NCBI GenBank assembly: GCA_016713875.1
Contig: JADJOI010000003.1
Coordinates: 3,576,069-3,640,068 of the forward strand
DNA from: Flavobacteriales bacterium
GTDB lineage: Bacteria > Bacteroidota > Bacteroidia > Flavobacteriales_F > PHOS-HE28
Length of the DNA: 64,000 nt
Reading direction: 5' to 3'
Positions 60,880 to 64,000 of the stretch are shown here, piece by piece (position 1 is the stretch's first letter; every line of letters starts with the position of its first letter). The notes beneath the pieces are model-generated. The model was not told where the DNA came from and made no database searches. It saw only the letters and a list, made by a program, of their open reading frames with translations. The translations under genes and the position numbers were made by a program.

Positions 60880-62640
60880 GGCTGCGGTCCACCAGCACGC
60901 GGGCGGTCCGTCGGTCGTCGCCGCCACCCACCACGAGCAGGTGCAGGCCCTGGGCGTGGCGGTCGAGCACCACTTCGGAACGGCCCGGGCCGGCGGGGCG
61001 CCGAAGGAAGGCCACGGCACGCCCGAGCGCGTCGAACACCTCGATCGGCGATCCGTGGCAGGCCACGGAAAAGCGCCCGGCGGACGGATTGGGCACCACG
61101 TCCACGAGGGGAGCGGACCATTCCGCGCTTACCGTGGGGCCGGTGGCGATGGTGCCGTCGTGATGCATGATCCGCAACCGATAGAAGTTGGTGCCGGTGA
61201 CGGGACGGAGATGCGTCAACGCGTATTCGGTCTCCTGCGCAGGACCACCGGAAGCCTGCACCTCGCTCACCGTGGTCCAGGCCTCGGGCCCGGTGCCGTG
61301 GTCGATCAGGAAGGAGCGCACCCCTTCCTCGCTGGAGGTGTGCCAGGCGAGGGCGATGCCCGCCTCGACCGGGTCGGCCGTGAAGCCGGTGAGCGTGATA
61401 GGCAGCACGATGGGGTCGCAGCTCACCGTGGCGGTGCCGCCGAACTCCAGGGGCACCAGGGTGGTCACGCTGCTCCAGTTGCTGAAGCAGATGATGTACT
61501 GCTGACCGGCCAGCACGTTGAGCGGCGGCTCGAAGTTGCCGGCATCACCGCCGGGCGGGGTGGTGGCCGCAAGCCCGGTGCCGCCGAAGGCCACCTCGTT
61601 CCAGTTGCAGCGGATCGGCGCGAGGGTGTTGGCGGAGATCGCGGAGCAGGTCCCTGGCGTGTAGGGGTACATGATCCAGTCGTAGAAGCCGGCCTGGCTG
61701 CCGAGCCCGCCGAAGGTGAACTCCAGCGATCCACTGCCGCTGATGTTGACCACCATCCAGGTGCTGTTGAGCTCGTTGTTGCGCAGGCAGCCCCAGTTGT
61801 CGCTGCCCCAGGTGCTGAAGGCCAGGTCGCCCAGCAACAGGTCCGGATTGCCCAGGGAGCCGAGCGGCGGGATCTCATTGAGGCTGCCGATGCCGTTGGG
61901 GTCGATCTGGAAGGCGTAGTTCGTGCAGATGTTTACGGCTTGCGGGCAATCGCTGGCCGTCACCGGCCCGCTGCTGATCGAGCAATTCGTGGTGGGGCTC
62001 AGGTCGATCACCTGCTGGCCGATGCTGCCGGTGGCCAGGGTGCCCGAGCCCACCGTGGTGCCGCCGCTGTTGGTCAGGGTCCAGGTGGCGCCGTTCCATC
62101 CATCGCCGAAGGAGTCGAACATCTGCATCACGAAGCAGCCGGTGTCCAGGCAAAGCACCTGGGAACTCGGGGCGAAGCCGGTGCCCACGATCTGCACGCC
62201 GCTCACCAGGTTCCAGCTCACCTCGGTGGGGAAGCTGCCGCCGCTGACCGTGAGCGTGTAGTTGCTGCAGTTGGCGCCACCGCACCCGCCGCCGAGGTTC
62301 ACCTGCGCGGTGCCGAAGGACCCGTTGGCCAGCGTTCCGGAGCTGACGATCGTGTTCGCCGGCTGCACGCGGACCACGAAGCTGGCGCCGTTCCAGCCAT
62401 CGCCGAAGAGATCGTACATGTACATGGTGTAGCAGCCGGCCGGCAGGCACACGCTCACCGTCTGGGGGGCGAAGCCCGTGGCCACCGTGACGCCCAGGTC
62501 GTTCACCAGCTCCCAATCGATCTCGAAGTCCCAGGTGCCACCACCTACGGTGATGGTGTAGTTCGTGCACTGCGCGGACGCGCCCTCCGCCCCGATCCCC
62601 AGCAGGAGCGCGGCGACCAGGAGGGTCCGCAGGGTCTTCA
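60869..62640 (-). CDS. T9SS-sorted secreted protein with two GDGWNG-containing repeat domains
   Basis: Signal peptide MKTLRTLLVAALLLGIGAEGASAQ. Duplicated C(T)NYT..DxFGDGWNGA..modules. C-terminal ...FYRLRIMHHDGT... then VVPNPSAGRFSVACHGSPIEVFDALGRAV CTD. Confidence 0.55.
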
Positions 62641-63012
62641 TCGCTCGGCGGGGGCCTGATCGCAGGTGCGGGGATCGAGGTGCCGGAAGGGTCCGATGCC
62701 GTCCAGCGGCGTGCGCCGATAACAACGCAGGCTCATGCCCAGCGGCGCGATCGACTGGTCGAGCTGGGCCTGGGTGACAGGGCTGCCAGGGCTCAGGTGA
62801 AGCAGCAGGTTGCGCGTGTTGTGGTCCACGCGGCCCATCTCGACGCCGGGCAGTTGGCGGATGAGGACGGCGGCCTGATGGGCATGCTGCGGGCTGCGCA
62901 CACCATCGACCACCGCCTGCACCTGATCGCGCTCCTCCTGCGCCGCCGCCGGCAGGGAGATGCACAGCACAAGCGCGATCCACACACCTTTGTGCAAAAC
63001 CCGGCTGATCAT
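62638..63012 (-). CDS. small secreted protein, heavy-metal-associated-like
   Basis: Signal peptide MISRVLHKGVWIALVLCISLPAAAQ. Otherwise weak. Confidence 0.3.
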   Translation of the reverse strand: MISRVLHKGVWIALVLCISLPAAAQEERDQVQAVVDGVRSPQHAHQAAVLIRQLPGVEMGRVDHNTRNLLLHLSPGSPVTQAQLDQSIAPLGMSLRCYRRTPLDGIGPFRHLDPRTCDQAPAER

Positions 63013-63049
63013 GGCGGTGGAAGATACGAGTTCGGGACTAAGGAGCACG

Positions 63050-63379
63050 ATGACGCTCCGCAGCCTTCAGACCGAGGTGGACCAGTGGGTCGGCACCGTG
63101 GGGGTGCGCTACTTCGATCCGCTCACCAACATGGCCATGCTCGCCGAGGAGGTGGGCGAGGTGGCGCGGATCCTCGCGCGGCGTTATGGAGAGCAGAGCG
63201 AGAAGGAGAGCGACCGGGCAAAGGACCTCGGCGAGGAGCTGGCCGATGTGCTGTTCGTGATGCTGTGCCTGGCCAACCAGACCGGCACGGACCTGGGGGC
63301 GGCGTGGGAACGCCGCATGGTGGCGAAGACCGCACGCGATGCCGAACGGCACCGGAACAATCCGAAGCTGAAGGGCTGA
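63050..63379 (+). CDS. MazG-like nucleotide pyrophosphohydrolase
   Basis: LQTEVDQWVGTVGVRYFDPLTNMAMLAEEVGEVARIL...EELADVLFVMLCLAN (EExGE and EELAD motifs). Confidence 0.75.
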   Translation: MTLRSLQTEVDQWVGTVGVRYFDPLTNMAMLAEEVGEVARILARRYGEQSEKESDRAKDLGEELADVLFVMLCLANQTGTDLGAAWERRMVAKTARDAERHRNNPKLKG

Positions 63380-63391
63380 CCCCCTGCGCCC

Positions 63392-63766
63392 TCACCAGGG
63401 CGTTTCCAGGTCCTTGGCCACGTAGGTGTGGTCGCGCACCGTCCACACACTGCCGGTGGGCTTGCGCAGGGCGAGGCCATCGGAGCGGCCCAGGCGGCGC
63501 AACAGCGCGATGGGCGTCAGCAGCGCGAAGAAGACCGCGCTGAGGAGCACGCGTCCGTTGAACCAGCCCAAGGCGAGGGCCAGCTTCATCCAGCCGCGGT
63601 GCACCAGGCGGGCCAGCGGTGGCAGCAGCAGGCCGATGAGGCCGGCGCACACGGCCACCACCAGCATCCACGGTTTGTGGAAGATGAAGTGCAGCACCAG
63701 GAAGCCCGTGGTGATGACCAGCATGCTGGCGTCGGTGCGTTCCTCGGGGTGGGCCGGGGCGCTCAT
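63392..63766 (-). CDS. SxtJ-like small membrane protein
   Basis: Two TM helices. Immediately follows the DUF5989 mini-protein, as in DUF5989-SxtJ pairs. Confidence 0.45.
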   Translation of the reverse strand: MSAPAHPEERTDASMLVITTGFLVLHFIFHKPWMLVVAVCAGLIGLLLPPLARLVHRGWMKLALALGWFNGRVLLSAVFFALLTPIALLRRLGRSDGLALRKPTGSVWTVRDHTYVAKDLETPW

Positions 63767-63769
63767 GGC

Positions 63770-63919
63770 TCAGAACAGGGTGTAGATGAAGGGGGCCACG
63801 GCCGATCCGCCGCCGATGACGAGCAGCACGCCGAGCAGCAGCAGCACGATGATGACGGGGGCAAGCCACCACTTCTTGCGGCTCCACAGGAAGCCCCAGA
63901 GGTCCTTCAGAAAGTCCAT
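63770..63919 (-). CDS. DUF5989-like small membrane protein
   Basis: MDFLKDLWGFLWSRKKWWLAPVIIVLLLLGVLLVIGGGSAVAPFIYTLF (49 aa). Not in the ORF track (shorter than the track cutoff). Confidence 0.5.
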   Translation of the reverse strand: MDFLKDLWGFLWSRKKWWLAPVIIVLLLLGVLLVIGGGSAVAPFIYTLF

Positions 63920-63923
63920 GCGT

Positions 63924-64000
63924 TCAGTGCGTCAGGTGTTGCGGAAAGCGGGCCGAAAGGTAGGCGGTGAGCCGTTCCGCGCACAGGGCTGCGACCGCGG
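63924..64000 (-). CDS. 3' end of an upstream gene (partial; unidentified)
   Basis: Open frame ending ...LTAYLSARFPQHLTH* at 63924-63926. Runs off the window. Confidence 0.3.
   Translation of the reverse strand, partial: AVAALCAERLTAYLSARFPQHLTH

Overview
High-GC (~65%) bacterial chromosome segment, probably Bacteroidota. The phylum call rests on seven proteins that end in T9SS/Por C-terminal sorting domains and on the absence of Shine-Dalgarno sequences. Because GC content is high, the ORF track is full of long spurious antisense ORFs; I called genes by protein-family recognition only.

The window has three parts.

1. 1-13.5 kb. A truncated aldehyde dehydrogenase, a DUF4160/DUF2442 pair flanked by a 48-bp duplication of the ALDH 3' end, a CsaA-like tRNA-binding protein, two T9SS cargo proteins, DedA, LOG, and an intact RND efflux operon (MFP-RND-OMF).

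2. 13.5-35.3 kb. A decayed accessory region in which almost every recognisable gene carries one or more frameshifts or truncations. It holds an MDR fragment, RIC, a multicopper oxidase, an OmpR/HK pair, a TDT transporter, a frameshifted ISAs1 element that truncates the first of three tandem TPR-transmembrane paralogs, an S41 peptidase, a DinD-like gene and vapC. It also holds the most unusual structure in the window: five divergent, hairpin-bearing copies of the last ~50-60 codons of mfd, stacked immediately downstream of the intact mfd gene, each followed by a small cargo (vapBC, a hypothetical, higBA, dinD-like). Two orphan 3' ends of the TPR-TM paralog family sit in the same region.

3. 35.3-64 kb. 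Intact core genes: mfd, fbp, GNAT, aspartokinase, GDPD, a PGDH-like dehydrogenase, mgtE, rsmA, a TPR protein, serS, rpmA/rplU, metK, rsgA, dtd and a P4 phosphatase. Embedded in this core are a ~35-copy 21-bp tandem satellite surrounding an Avd-like four-helix-bundle gene, and a 74-bp palindromic element inserted in-frame into rsgA that shares a GTGGCGAGT core with the satellite.

No rRNA, tRNA or CRISPR was recognised. Coordinates are accurate to about ±3 bp. Frameshift calls come from homologous protein segments switching frames; I cannot distinguish true pseudogenes from indel sequencing errors without reads.
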